This document shows, one piece after another, positions 35,420 through 43,720 of a stretch of 64,000 nucleotides of DNA. This DNA comes from a virus (taxonomy: Duplodnaviria > Heunggongvirae > Uroviricota > Caudoviricetes > Ackermannviridae). The DNA lies in IMG/VR virus record IMGVR_UViG_2974514734_000001, positions 32,683-96,682 of that record; one strand, written 5' to 3'. The number at the start of each line of letters is the position of its first letter. The first letter of the stretch is position 1. A model generated the notes under the pieces. The model was given only the letters and a program-made list of their open reading frames with translations, made no database searches and was not told the origin of the DNA. A program made the translations under genes and the position numbers.

Positions 35420-35947
35420 ATGATTGAAATATACACTGACGGGGCATCGTCCCCTCAGAAGACACGAGCCGCTGGTTGGGCATTTGCCATCAGTCCAATC
35501 ACTGGAGAGCAATGGAAAGTGTTTTATGGGTATTTACCCCCGCCGTCAACGAACAATATAGCTGAGTTACTCGGGGTTATAAACGCAATGAAGATCCTAT
35601 GGAAATTCTCTAATTGCGGTGAACGCTGCATTCCCCCAGCCCGCATTATATCCGACAGCCAATATGTTATCAATAGCGTTTTGGAGTGGCGTCGTAAATG
35701 GGAATATGAAGGAATGCCGCCTAAGAACACAGAACTTCTGCTCGAGTTGTTCGATTATTATGACAAAGTTTGTTCAATTTGTGAACTTGAATTAAAATGG
35801 GTGAAAGGTCATGCAGGAACGATGGGCAACGAAATTGCGGATCAGTGGAGCGTTAGAGCCAAAGAAGATAGTTCAATGGTTCTTGAAAATAACCGTTTCT
35901 CGGTCAAGAAAGTCGTTGGTTCTTTCAATGAATTCATTGGTATTTGA
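35420..35947 (+). CDS. RNase HI (RnhA-type)
   Basis: IEIYTDGAS, NNIAELLGV, SDSQYVI, KGHAGTMGNEIAD motifs. Confidence 0.75.
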   Translation: MIEIYTDGASSPQKTRAAGWAFAISPITGEQWKVFYGYLPPPSTNNIAELLGVINAMKILWKFSNCGERCIPPARIISDSQYVINSVLEWRRKWEYEGMPPKNTELLLELFDYYDKVCSICELELKWVKGHAGTMGNEIADQWSVRAKEDSSMVLENNRFSVKKVVGSFNEFIGI

Positions 35948-35957
35948 GGATTAGATC

Positions 35958-36680
35958 ATGGGTATTCCATTCGTTTACTGTTTGAAAAGTAAGGATGGAC
36001 ATTTGTATTTTGGCTCCAAGATTGGAGAAGATTCTGATCCAAAGCAGCTTATGGAAACATATTTCACTTCATCAAAATATGTCAAAGACTTGATGAAAAC
36101 AAAAGGAAACGATTATTTTCAGGTAGTGGGTATAGAAATATTTCCAGGTAAACCGGAAGAAGCGTTTTGGAAAGAACAACAATTGATAGAGTCCTCTTAC
36201 GACAACCCCATGTTACTAAACAAACATTATCAAACTGTTGGGACTAAACCATGGACTCAATTAGGCAGAAAGGGGAACAAACAGTATTTGTTTGGAAAGG
36301 GGCACCTCCGCGCTGGTAAAAATAATCCAATGTTTGGTAAACAAGGAGCCATGAAAGGTATTACAGGGAAAGACCATCCGGCCTATGGCGTAGATCGGTC
36401 GGGTGACAAAAATGGTATGTTTGGGAAATGCGGGGAATTACATCACCACTATGGAACTCCTCCATGGGAAGTTCCAATAAGCAAGAAATTGGGGACTTCA
36501 AAACATTGGTTGGTTGCAGAAGAAATACGATTGGAGTGGGTTGCTGGCGCAAGGCAATGCGACTTGTCAAGGAAATATGGAATTAGCATAAAGACCATTG
36601 AAACTATGGTCGGCAAATTCCGTTCCGGTTGGATACCTTCACAAGACCCTCAGTGGGTTAATTTTAAAGGTGGTGTATAA
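35958..36680 (+). CDS. GIY-YIG homing endonuclease, Seg-like (paralog of 4431-5276)
   Basis: FVYCLKSKDGHLYFGSK, NUMOD repeats GKNNPMFGKQG, C-terminal HTH-like region. Confidence 0.7.
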   Translation: MGIPFVYCLKSKDGHLYFGSKIGEDSDPKQLMETYFTSSKYVKDLMKTKGNDYFQVVGIEIFPGKPEEAFWKEQQLIESSYDNPMLLNKHYQTVGTKPWTQLGRKGNKQYLFGKGHLRAGKNNPMFGKQGAMKGITGKDHPAYGVDRSGDKNGMFGKCGELHHHYGTPPWEVPISKKLGTSKHWLVAEEIRLEWVAGARQCDLSRKYGISIKTIETMVGKFRSGWIPSQDPQWVNFKGGV

Positions 36681-37474
36681 TGTGTGCTATGAATTTTGTA
36701 GACAGGGGTGATAACGTCACCAAATATTTCACAGACGAAGATAATGACCGTGTTGTTGGAATATTGAGAGATTGGATTCCGGCTCGCAAAAAGGCTTTGG
36801 CCGAAGGAACACCCCTACCAAGAATCCCCAATTATGTGGCCATGAATGTTCAGATGATTATTAAGAACATGAGTATGCGCTACAACTATCGTGATTATCC
36901 ATACCGCGAAGACATGGTCAGTGAGGCCGTTGTTAACATTCTTCGTTACCTCCATACATTTGACGTCAGTCATATCGGCAAGAAAGGAAAAATCAATTTC
37001 TTCTCTTGGGTAACGATGTGCGCCGATCGTTCATTCGCCAAGAAACTCACCAGTGAAGAAGAACACAATTATATCAAGTTGCGTTCATTTGAAGAAGCAG
37101 GTGGTTTCGCTGCATTATCAGATGACCCAGACTTCCAGCAACAGACATTCGTAGACAGCACTGGTATAACAATGGACTTCCGTGAGCGTATCGGAAATTT
37201 TGAAACTAAGAAAGAAGCCCAGCGCGAAAAGGAACGCCAAAAGCAAATCGCCATCAAAGAAGAGGAAAAGAATAAGAAAATTCCTCGCGGTATACTTCAA
37301 TGTCTCACAAAGAGTGAAAATACCATTACCGCCGACGCCGAAGATAATTCAGACTATGACTTCGGCTCTACTCAATTCAATCTGGAAGACGAAATATGTT
37401 CTATGGAACCAGATTGGGAAGAAGCAAAGAAACGAGCATTAGAACGGGAGCAACAAAATAATGGCGATTGCTAA
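36680..37474 (+). CDS. 55: late-transcription sigma factor gp55-like, with an extended acidic/basic C-terminal tail
   Basis: …AMNVQMIIKNMSMRYNYRDY…INFFSWVTMCADRSFAKKL resembles T4 gp55 [21 protein letters not shown]…ITQACFNAFVQRIKK; precedes gp47/gp46 as in T4. Confidence 0.6.
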   Translation: MCAMNFVDRGDNVTKYFTDEDNDRVVGILRDWIPARKKALAEGTPLPRIPNYVAMNVQMIIKNMSMRYNYRDYPYREDMVSEAVVNILRYLHTFDVSHIGKKGKINFFSWVTMCADRSFAKKLTSEEEHNYIKLRSFEEAGGFAALSDDPDFQQQTFVDSTGITMDFRERIGNFETKKEAQREKERQKQIAIKEEEKNKKIPRGILQCLTKSENTITADAEDNSDYDFGSTQFNLEDEICSMEPDWEEAKKRALEREQQNNGDC

Positions 37475-38576
37475 AATTGGCGATTTACATATCGGGAGCC
37501 GTAATGGTTCCCGTTACGTTCGAGAATTCATAAAGAATTATCTCATCAATTATTTTATTCCAGAATTGGTTGACGCCGATATTAAAGAAGTGTGGCAATT
37601 TGGTGATACGTTTGATGTTCGCAAATTCATGTATGGTCGCGATAAAGATTGGTTGAAAGATGAATTAACGCCAGCCCTGAGAAAGGCGGGTATCAAATGG
37701 AATGGCATCGTTGGAAACCATGATATCACGTTAGAAGAGTCCAATCGCATTAACTGGCCTTCTTATCTTAATGAATTGGCACCGGATGTTTATCATTATT
37801 ACAGCGAACCAACTGAAGTAATGATTGAAGGTGTCAAGACCCTCCTACTGCCGTGGATTAACAAAGAGAACTATGATGCGTCCATTAAAGCGATACAAGA
37901 TACAGACGCCAAGTACTGTTTTGCGCATCTGGAGTTGGCAGGGTTCAAAATGTACCAGTCCTCTGTATGTGATAAAGGTCAGATCGACTTGGCGCTCCTT
38001 TCGAAATTCGAGCGCGTGGATACCGGACATTTCCATACCCGTTCGATGGAAGGTAACATTCAGTATATTGGGACTCCTTATCATCTTACCTGGGAAGACC
38101 ACAAAGACGGGACGAACCGAGGATTCTATGTAGACGACATGAATGGCGGGGAATTGTTTATCCCCAACAACGAACAACAAACGTTGTTCCGGTTCGTGGA
38201 ATACGACTACACACAAATGTCTTCTGATACTGAAGGTAATTGGATCGACCCCGATTGGTTAAACAATGTTTTGGGTATTGAAGGGCAAATCGTTAAGGTG
38301 ATTGTACAGAACCGTGACAATGCCAAGCATTATGAAAAGTTCTGTGACGCATTGAAGCGCTGTAAATGCATCGATTACAACTTCATCGATCGGACGATTA
38401 CTGTTGCTTCCGAGAAGGTAGAAGTCACTGAAGAGATGGTGGCTACTGATGCTGTAGAAGTCTTGAAAAATGATATCCGCGCAGCCAACAATATCCAGCG
38501 CCCTGAAAATGTTTGCAAACTTGCAGAACAATTTTATAATGCTGCCCAACAACGTTTGAACACATTGGATGCATAA
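37461..38576 (+). CDS. 47: recombination endonuclease subunit gp47 (Mre11/SbcD-like)
   Basis: GDLHIG, GNHD, GHFH phosphoesterase motifs. Confidence 0.85.
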   Translation: MAIAKIGDLHIGSRNGSRYVREFIKNYLINYFIPELVDADIKEVWQFGDTFDVRKFMYGRDKDWLKDELTPALRKAGIKWNGIVGNHDITLEESNRINWPSYLNELAPDVYHYYSEPTEVMIEGVKTLLLPWINKENYDASIKAIQDTDAKYCFAHLELAGFKMYQSSVCDKGQIDLALLSKFERVDTGHFHTRSMEGNIQYIGTPYHLTWEDHKDGTNRGFYVDDMNGGELFIPNNEQQTLFRFVEYDYTQMSSDTEGNWIDPDWLNNVLGIEGQIVKVIVQNRDNAKHYEKFCDALKRCKCIDYNFIDRTITVASEKVEVTEEMVATDAVEVLKNDIRAANNIQRPENVCKLAEQFYNAAQQRLNTLDA

Positions 38577-38578
38577 TA

Positions 38579-40912
38579 ATGAACAATGTAGACCTATTAT
38601 CAAAATTTGGTTCGCTGTTGAAAGAAGCGGACACTCCTGTTTCTGTTGAAGTACCATTTGAAATTCGTGGGGAAATTACCCACAAACTGACTTTCCATCG
38701 CGGTCGCGCTAAAAACTTCCGTTCCATCGGTAATGAATTCATGGAAATTGATTACCAACGCAACCCTGCAACCCTAGTCACATCTGATGACAATGGGGCG
38801 GGTAAATCTACAATGCTTGTTTGGCTGTTGTTCTTCGTTCTGTATAATGACACATATAGCAAGAAAGAAAAGAAAGCCGGATTAGTCAATTCCCAAAACA
38901 AAAAGGAATGCGTGGGTGAAGTTGAGTTCTCCACTCGAGGAAGTGAATGGAAAGTCCGTCGCGGTATCAAACCAGATTTTGTAGAAGTTTATCAGATGGT
39001 GGAAGGAGAGTGGAAGCAAGTCGTGAACGATGCGGCCAAAGCTGATATGAACAAGTACATCGTGAATCTCATCGGTGTGGACCAGAAGATGTTCGAGAAC
39101 TCTTTGGTTCTGGGCAAGGAGAAGTTTATTCCTTTCACAGAGATGTATACTGCTGACCGCCGCGCCATGGTTGAAACAATTTGGGACTTGGGTTTCTTCA
39201 GCCTGATGAATGAGGATGTTAAAGCATCTATCAAGGCGGTAACGAACGAACTCACGACGGTCACCAATGATTACGCCTTTCATGATGTGAATCTAAAAGG
39301 CCAGCAAGCGCAGTTGGAACAGATCAATAATTCCAATGCGATGATTCAGCAACAATCTGCGGATATCCTTGTCCAAGAGAAGGAACGTCTGAATAGCCTG
39401 AATTCAGATATCGGCGCAGTGCAGGAACAACTGACAGAGTCCCGTGCTCAAGACTCTAAATTGGAATCAGAATTATCAGAAGTCCGTAATCGTCTGAACG
39501 CTGAAATGAAGGTGGATATCGATGCCATCAATGACGAGTATTTTGCCAAAATTCAAGCGGTTCAGGATGAGGCTGATACCAAGGCTGAAGACTATGAACG
39601 TATCGAGGTGTCTGATGGCGAACGTTCATTACAAGAAATTCGGGAGAGAATGGCGGTAGTCGCGGAACGTAAAAATGATCTGGTCAGCCAACGGAATGCT
39701 AACCTGGATGAACTGAACAAAGCATTAGCGCGGCGTCAGCAGGGTGAGAACTTCCGTATCAAATTCGTAACAGAAATGGAAGGACATGAATCTGCCATCA
39801 AACGTTTCCACGATATGGGCACTTGCCCTACGTGTACGCAATTAGTGTCGAACGATACCAAATCACGCATTGAAAGTCAATATTATCCACAAATCAGTGA
39901 ACTGACTGACAAGATTCTTCAGGTTGACACAGCCCTAGAAGAAGTTAATTCTCTGATTGAGAATTACAACGTCAAAGATTCAGAATTATCTTCTCAGATT
40001 TCGGTTGTTGACAAAGAACTGGATGCTTTGCGCAATGAAATCCGAGAAGCGGAATCAGCGATCGCTGCATTAAAACGCGACATCCAAGGATTTTATGATG
40101 TGGCAGCTGTTGAGAAAACATCTTTACAGCGGGAACAACAGTCCAAAATTAACGACGTCCTCAAGGCCGTAGACACCCGTTATGAAGATATCACGACGTC
40201 AATCCGTCAAGCGCGTGAGCAGCTCTCTAAGAGCATCAACGACACGGCTGATAAACTCACCAGCCTGAAATCACGCCGTGCCCCTCTGGAGGCATCCATT
40301 GCCGATTTAGAGCGTAAATTGGCGGTTAAGCCGACACCAACTGACGCCCTGGAAGAAGAGATCGCTCGCATCACGGCGTTAATGGAAGATCTGAATGCGC
40401 GGCGCGTAGAGTTGGATGAGAAATTGCAAGACCTGAACCATCTTCTGTTCTTCCTAAAAGATGATCAGACCAAGGCTCGAATTATCAGCCTGTATTTGCC
40501 TTTCCTCAATAGTAAAATAAACGAGTATCTTGAAGCACTCAATATGTTCTTGGATATTGCTGTTGATGATACATTTGAAATCACCATGAGCGCTGCAGGT
40601 CGTAAAGGGCAAAGCATCTTCTCATTATCTACTGGTCAGCGTAGTCGCCTGAACCTGGCTGTGACATTAGCTTTACGAGATGTTGCAAACCTCAAGGCGT
40701 CGGTGCAATGTAACCTGTTTGTGTTAGATGAAATCCTTGAGAACATGAGTGAGCGCGGCGTACAAGAATCGGTTGAGATGCTGAAGCATAAATTTGGCGG
40801 GAACAATCTGTTCGTTATCAGTCAACGCGAGCAGGAATTCCAAGAGTATTTCCAACACAACATCCGTTATGGTCTGCGTAATGGCATGACTGAAGTGATT
40901 AAGAAGGATTGA
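38579..40912 (+). CDS. 46: recombination ATPase gp46 (Rad50/SbcC-like), 777 aa
   Basis: Walker A DDNGAGKST, long coiled coil with CPTC zinc hook, signature LSTGQRSRL, Walker B LFVLDE. Confidence 0.85.
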   Translation: MNNVDLLSKFGSLLKEADTPVSVEVPFEIRGEITHKLTFHRGRAKNFRSIGNEFMEIDYQRNPATLVTSDDNGAGKSTMLVWLLFFVLYNDTYSKKEKKAGLVNSQNKKECVGEVEFSTRGSEWKVRRGIKPDFVEVYQMVEGEWKQVVNDAAKADMNKYIVNLIGVDQKMFENSLVLGKEKFIPFTEMYTADRRAMVETIWDLGFFSLMNEDVKASIKAVTNELTTVTNDYAFHDVNLKGQQAQLEQINNSNAMIQQQSADILVQEKERLNSLNSDIGAVQEQLTESRAQDSKLESELSEVRNRLNAEMKVDIDAINDEYFAKIQAVQDEADTKAEDYERIEVSDGERSLQEIRERMAVVAERKNDLVSQRNANLDELNKALARRQQGENFRIKFVTEMEGHESAIKRFHDMGTCPTCTQLVSNDTKSRIESQYYPQISELTDKILQVDTALEEVNSLIENYNVKDSELSSQISVVDKELDALRNEIREAESAIAALKRDIQGFYDVAAVEKTSLQREQQSKINDVLKAVDTRYEDITTSIRQAREQLSKSINDTADKLTSLKSRRAPLEASIADLERKLAVKPTPTDALEEEIARITALMEDLNARRVELDEKLQDLNHLLFFLKDDQTKARIISLYLPFLNSKINEYLEALNMFLDIAVDDTFEITMSAAGRKGQSIFSLSTGQRSRLNLAVTLALRDVANLKASVQCNLFVLDEILENMSERGVQESVEMLKHKFGGNNLFVISQREQEFQEYFQHNIRYGLRNGMTEVIKKD

Positions 40913-41223
40913 TCATGGGAAGTCTGATCCGTGTATCAAAGAAATCCAAGGGCGCTGAAAAGCGCCTGTACAAAGCTGTTCGCCTGATGATCCTCTACAA
41001 GTACACTGCTGAGAATCAATGCTGGCGCAAGAAGACGCGTGTCCGCTACCAAGTCGCCCAGTACCAGATGAAGCAACGCGTTATCCGTTTGGCGATGAAG
41101 ATCGCAGGAAATTACAAGTATTGGACATGTGAGGCTGTGGGCAGTCGCAAGGCAATTGACCTTGTCGAAGACCGGAATCTGTCTTTCCTGATCAATCTAT
41201 CGGATTATGAGGACATGTCGTGA
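40909..41223 (+). CDS. hypothetical basic protein (104 aa)
   Basis: ORF, GAAGGA RBS. Confidence 0.4.
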   Translation: MIMGSLIRVSKKSKGAEKRLYKAVRLMILYKYTAENQCWRKKTRVRYQVAQYQMKQRVIRLAMKIAGNYKYWTCEAVGSRKAIDLVEDRNLSFLINLSDYEDMS

Positions 41224-41549
41224 AAGTCGTCCACTTCAAGAAGGAGCCATATGACGTCTACATTGGGCGGCCTGGCAAATGGGGTAATGACTTCGAAGTC
41301 AAAGACCATGGGCGCGGCGTTTGTATCGAGTTATTCGAAGACGATTTGTATGTGCGTCTGATTGAAGGGGAAATCACTGAGGATGAACTCCTTGAACTGG
41401 ACGGAAAGATTCTAGGGTGCTGGTGTAAACCACGCCCCTGCCACGGGGATGTTTACGTCAAAGTGATCGGTCGTATTAAACTATTCCGTAAGTTGGGTAA
41501 ATCTTTTACTGAATATTTGAGACAAACATATGTCAGAAGAGAAAGATGA
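41220..41549 (+). CDS. DUF4326-like protein
   Basis: DVYIGRPGKWGNDF…LGCWCKPRPCHGDV; GTG start overlapping the previous stop. Confidence 0.4.
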   Translation: MKVVHFKKEPYDVYIGRPGKWGNDFEVKDHGRGVCIELFEDDLYVRLIEGEITEDELLELDGKILGCWCKPRPCHGDVYVKVIGRIKLFRKLGKSFTEYLRQTYVRRER

Positions 41550-41814
41550 AATACAGATTGCTTGTGATATCGCTGTGGAATTATGGAATCAGCGAAATAA
41601 ACATCATCAGGTAGCATTGACACCAAAACGTTACCTAGAGCAAGGTGGGTTGATCGTTGTTGACGCCGTCTTGGGTTTCAACAAGTACACAGATATGCAA
41701 ATCCTCCAAGGGGATTTCATAGTGGCATCAAAATCAGCATGGGACGATCCTATGGAATTTGTCTACGGTTGGTTGGAATGCATCGAGGAATCATACCATC
41801 TGATCTACGAATAA
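41530..41814 (+). CDS. hypothetical protein (94 aa)
   Basis: ORF. Confidence 0.4.
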   Translation: MSEEKDEIQIACDIAVELWNQRNKHHQVALTPKRYLEQGGLIVVDAVLGFNKYTDMQILQGDFIVASKSAWDDPMEFVYGWLECIEESYHLIYE

Positions 41815-41819
41815 GGTGA

Positions 41820-41850
41820 AGGGCACTAAATATCACGTGCCCTTTATCTT
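41820..41850 (+). terminator. terminator AGGGCACtaaatatcacGTGCCCT plus TTATCTTTT; loop contains CTAAATA
   Basis: 7-bp stem, T-run. Confidence 0.55.
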
Positions 41851-41910
41851 TTAACCCTGTCAGGAGGCTCCAGCGAGCTGCAAGTCGACAAACACATAAG
41901 GAACGCCATC

Positions 41911-42528
41911 ATGACGATGACAACGTTGAAGGCCATGGCCTTGTCCGTGACCTTTACCATTGCCAGCGGGAGTGTGCACGCTTCCCAAAGTACCACCCAA
42001 TGTGATTACGAATTTTCTGATCAGCAACTTTCAACTATGGCCACTGCCTATCACATAGGCAAACAGCAAGACCTTGGTTTCACCCTAGCCGCGATATCAT
42101 GGAGGGAAAGCCGCGCCGGAGAAGATGTGGTATCCATGCGGAATAACCTGAAATCGGCTAATATGGGGGCATTCCAAAATCGCGTCCAAACCGTTGGGAA
42201 ACGGGAGGGATGCAAAACACAGAAGTGTTACGCCAACGTGGCGATTAAATTGCTGGTCAATCAAGAGTACGCAGCCAATGCAGCCCTTGATGAAATGAAT
42301 TTCTGGCTTGGGTATCATAACCAAAACATCCGCAAATCGCTCTCCTCTTACAATGCCGGTTTCAGTCGTAACCAAAAATCCAATTCATACGCTGCTGATG
42401 TCGTGAAGAGGGCTAAATATCTTCAACGATGTGTGTCTTTCAAAGGCATGGCAATAAACCCGAAGGTCGACCCAGGAGTGATCGCCATGAATAAGCGCAC
42501 GATTGAGAAACTCAAGAGGACCCGATAA
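41911..42528 (+). CDS. secreted lytic transglycosylase (SLT domain) with signal peptide
   Basis: Signal peptide; WRESRAG (catalytic E-S), GAFQ, YNAG motifs. Confidence 0.55.
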   Translation: MTMTTLKAMALSVTFTIASGSVHASQSTTQCDYEFSDQQLSTMATAYHIGKQQDLGFTLAAISWRESRAGEDVVSMRNNLKSANMGAFQNRVQTVGKREGCKTQKCYANVAIKLLVNQEYAANAALDEMNFWLGYHNQNIRKSLSSYNAGFSRNQKSNSYAADVVKRAKYLQRCVSFKGMAINPKVDPGVIAMNKRTIEKLKRTR

Positions 42529-43166
42529 TGAATATCACTCCATCCCAGACCGGATACGAGCACTTAATGGTGTTTATTGCGATTCAGGGGGCAAAAGAAG
42601 GCATCATCAGTTCTGAATATTCTGGAACGATGCGCCTGGCTGATTATGTTGCTCCCGAAGCGTTTATCAAGAAATGTATCGACGCATGGTGCCTTTATGC
42701 TCTCGGCACGTATCCTACTCCTCCGGCAGGTGAGCTACTGTTTACCGTTCCGACCCCAGCCGCTGGCGACACAGACGCGATCTTTGCTGATATGTTGGCC
42801 AAAGGTTATCTGACATATGACAGTGCTCACGGCGTGTATGATTTTTCTGCGCTGAATCGTATCTTCGGATTCACCATAACTTCTGAAGCCAATATTCCTG
42901 ATTATGGAATACTAGCATGGGGCGTCGACGGTTTGGGGGCAACATATGCATCTTCGGATGTCGGTCCTGTGTTGATAGACCCAGGGGTGACAATGGAGCA
43001 ATACATGTCACAATTCCCTCAACATAATGTAACCGGAAGCGACATCATTATTGTCTATCCTGGTTCTAATGCGCTACCCCGTTTGGTCACGGGTTGGCAG
43101 CCACAATTGAAGGACATTGTCTCTGGGATCAGGTTCCATATTCCCGTTGTCAATCCAACACCTTAA
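42528..43166 (+). CDS. hypothetical protein (212 aa)
   Basis: ATGA overlap with the previous gene. Confidence 0.45.
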   Translation: MNITPSQTGYEHLMVFIAIQGAKEGIISSEYSGTMRLADYVAPEAFIKKCIDAWCLYALGTYPTPPAGELLFTVPTPAAGDTDAIFADMLAKGYLTYDSAHGVYDFSALNRIFGFTITSEANIPDYGILAWGVDGLGATYASSDVGPVLIDPGVTMEQYMSQFPQHNVTGSDIIIVYPGSNALPRLVTGWQPQLKDIVSGIRFHIPVVNPTP

Positions 43167-43177
43167 ATTATTCAATA

Positions 43178-43222
43178 AAAGGGGCAAAAGCCCCTTTACT
43201 TCTTCAATAACCCACGTATAAT
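43178..43222 (+). promoter_or_regulatory. PeSL-like cassette: terminator hairpin GGGGCaaaaGCCCC, then early promoter CTTTAC (43194-43199), 17 bp, TATAAT (43217-43222)
   Basis: TTTACTTCTTCAATAACCCACGTATAAT, near-identical to the 6045-6073 cassette. Confidence 0.6.
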
Positions 43223-43270
43223 TCTAAACATAAGCAGTACGACACCAACTTGAAACGAAGGAACTATATC

Positions 43271-43639
43271 ATGACCAAAACTGAATTGAACAACATTCTG
43301 AACGTTGCTGGGTACAAGAATATTATTCGTGGGAACAACAAAATCGCGCGTGACCGTAGCAACAAAATCATTAAGGGGTTCCCCCTGTGTAAAACTGGTC
43401 CGCTCGATATCAGCAACCCGTCCAAGCGCTTGTTTAAAGACTTATTGCGTGAACTCGGCACTAAAGGCCTGGTGCTAGATAAAAAGGATGACCTGGTTGA
43501 CTTTGGCATCGCGGTTATGAAGATTGCCAAATTCAAAATAACTCTGTGCGTACAGACAATTCAGACATATGACTACTCTGAAGGACGTGACCCGAATTAC
43601 GAAACAAAATATGTCAACGTAAGGATTGAAGGGTTATAA
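43271..43639 (+). CDS. hypothetical protein (122 aa)
   Basis: Conserved GAAGGAACTATATCATGAC start context. Confidence 0.45.
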   Translation: MTKTELNNILNVAGYKNIIRGNNKIARDRSNKIIKGFPLCKTGPLDISNPSKRLFKDLLRELGTKGLVLDKKDDLVDFGIAVMKIAKFKITLCVQTIQTYDYSEGRDPNYETKYVNVRIEGL

Positions 43640-43650
43640 TACGAATATGC

Positions 43651-43675
43651 GGGGGCTTGATGCCCCTTTCTTTTC
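43651..43675 (+). terminator. terminator GGGGCttgatGCCCC plus TTTCTTTTCG
   Basis: GC stem, T-run. Confidence 0.55.
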
Positions 43676-43720
43676 GCTAATTAAGGAAAACCGCACCGAT
43701 TTATTATCAGGAGAATTACA

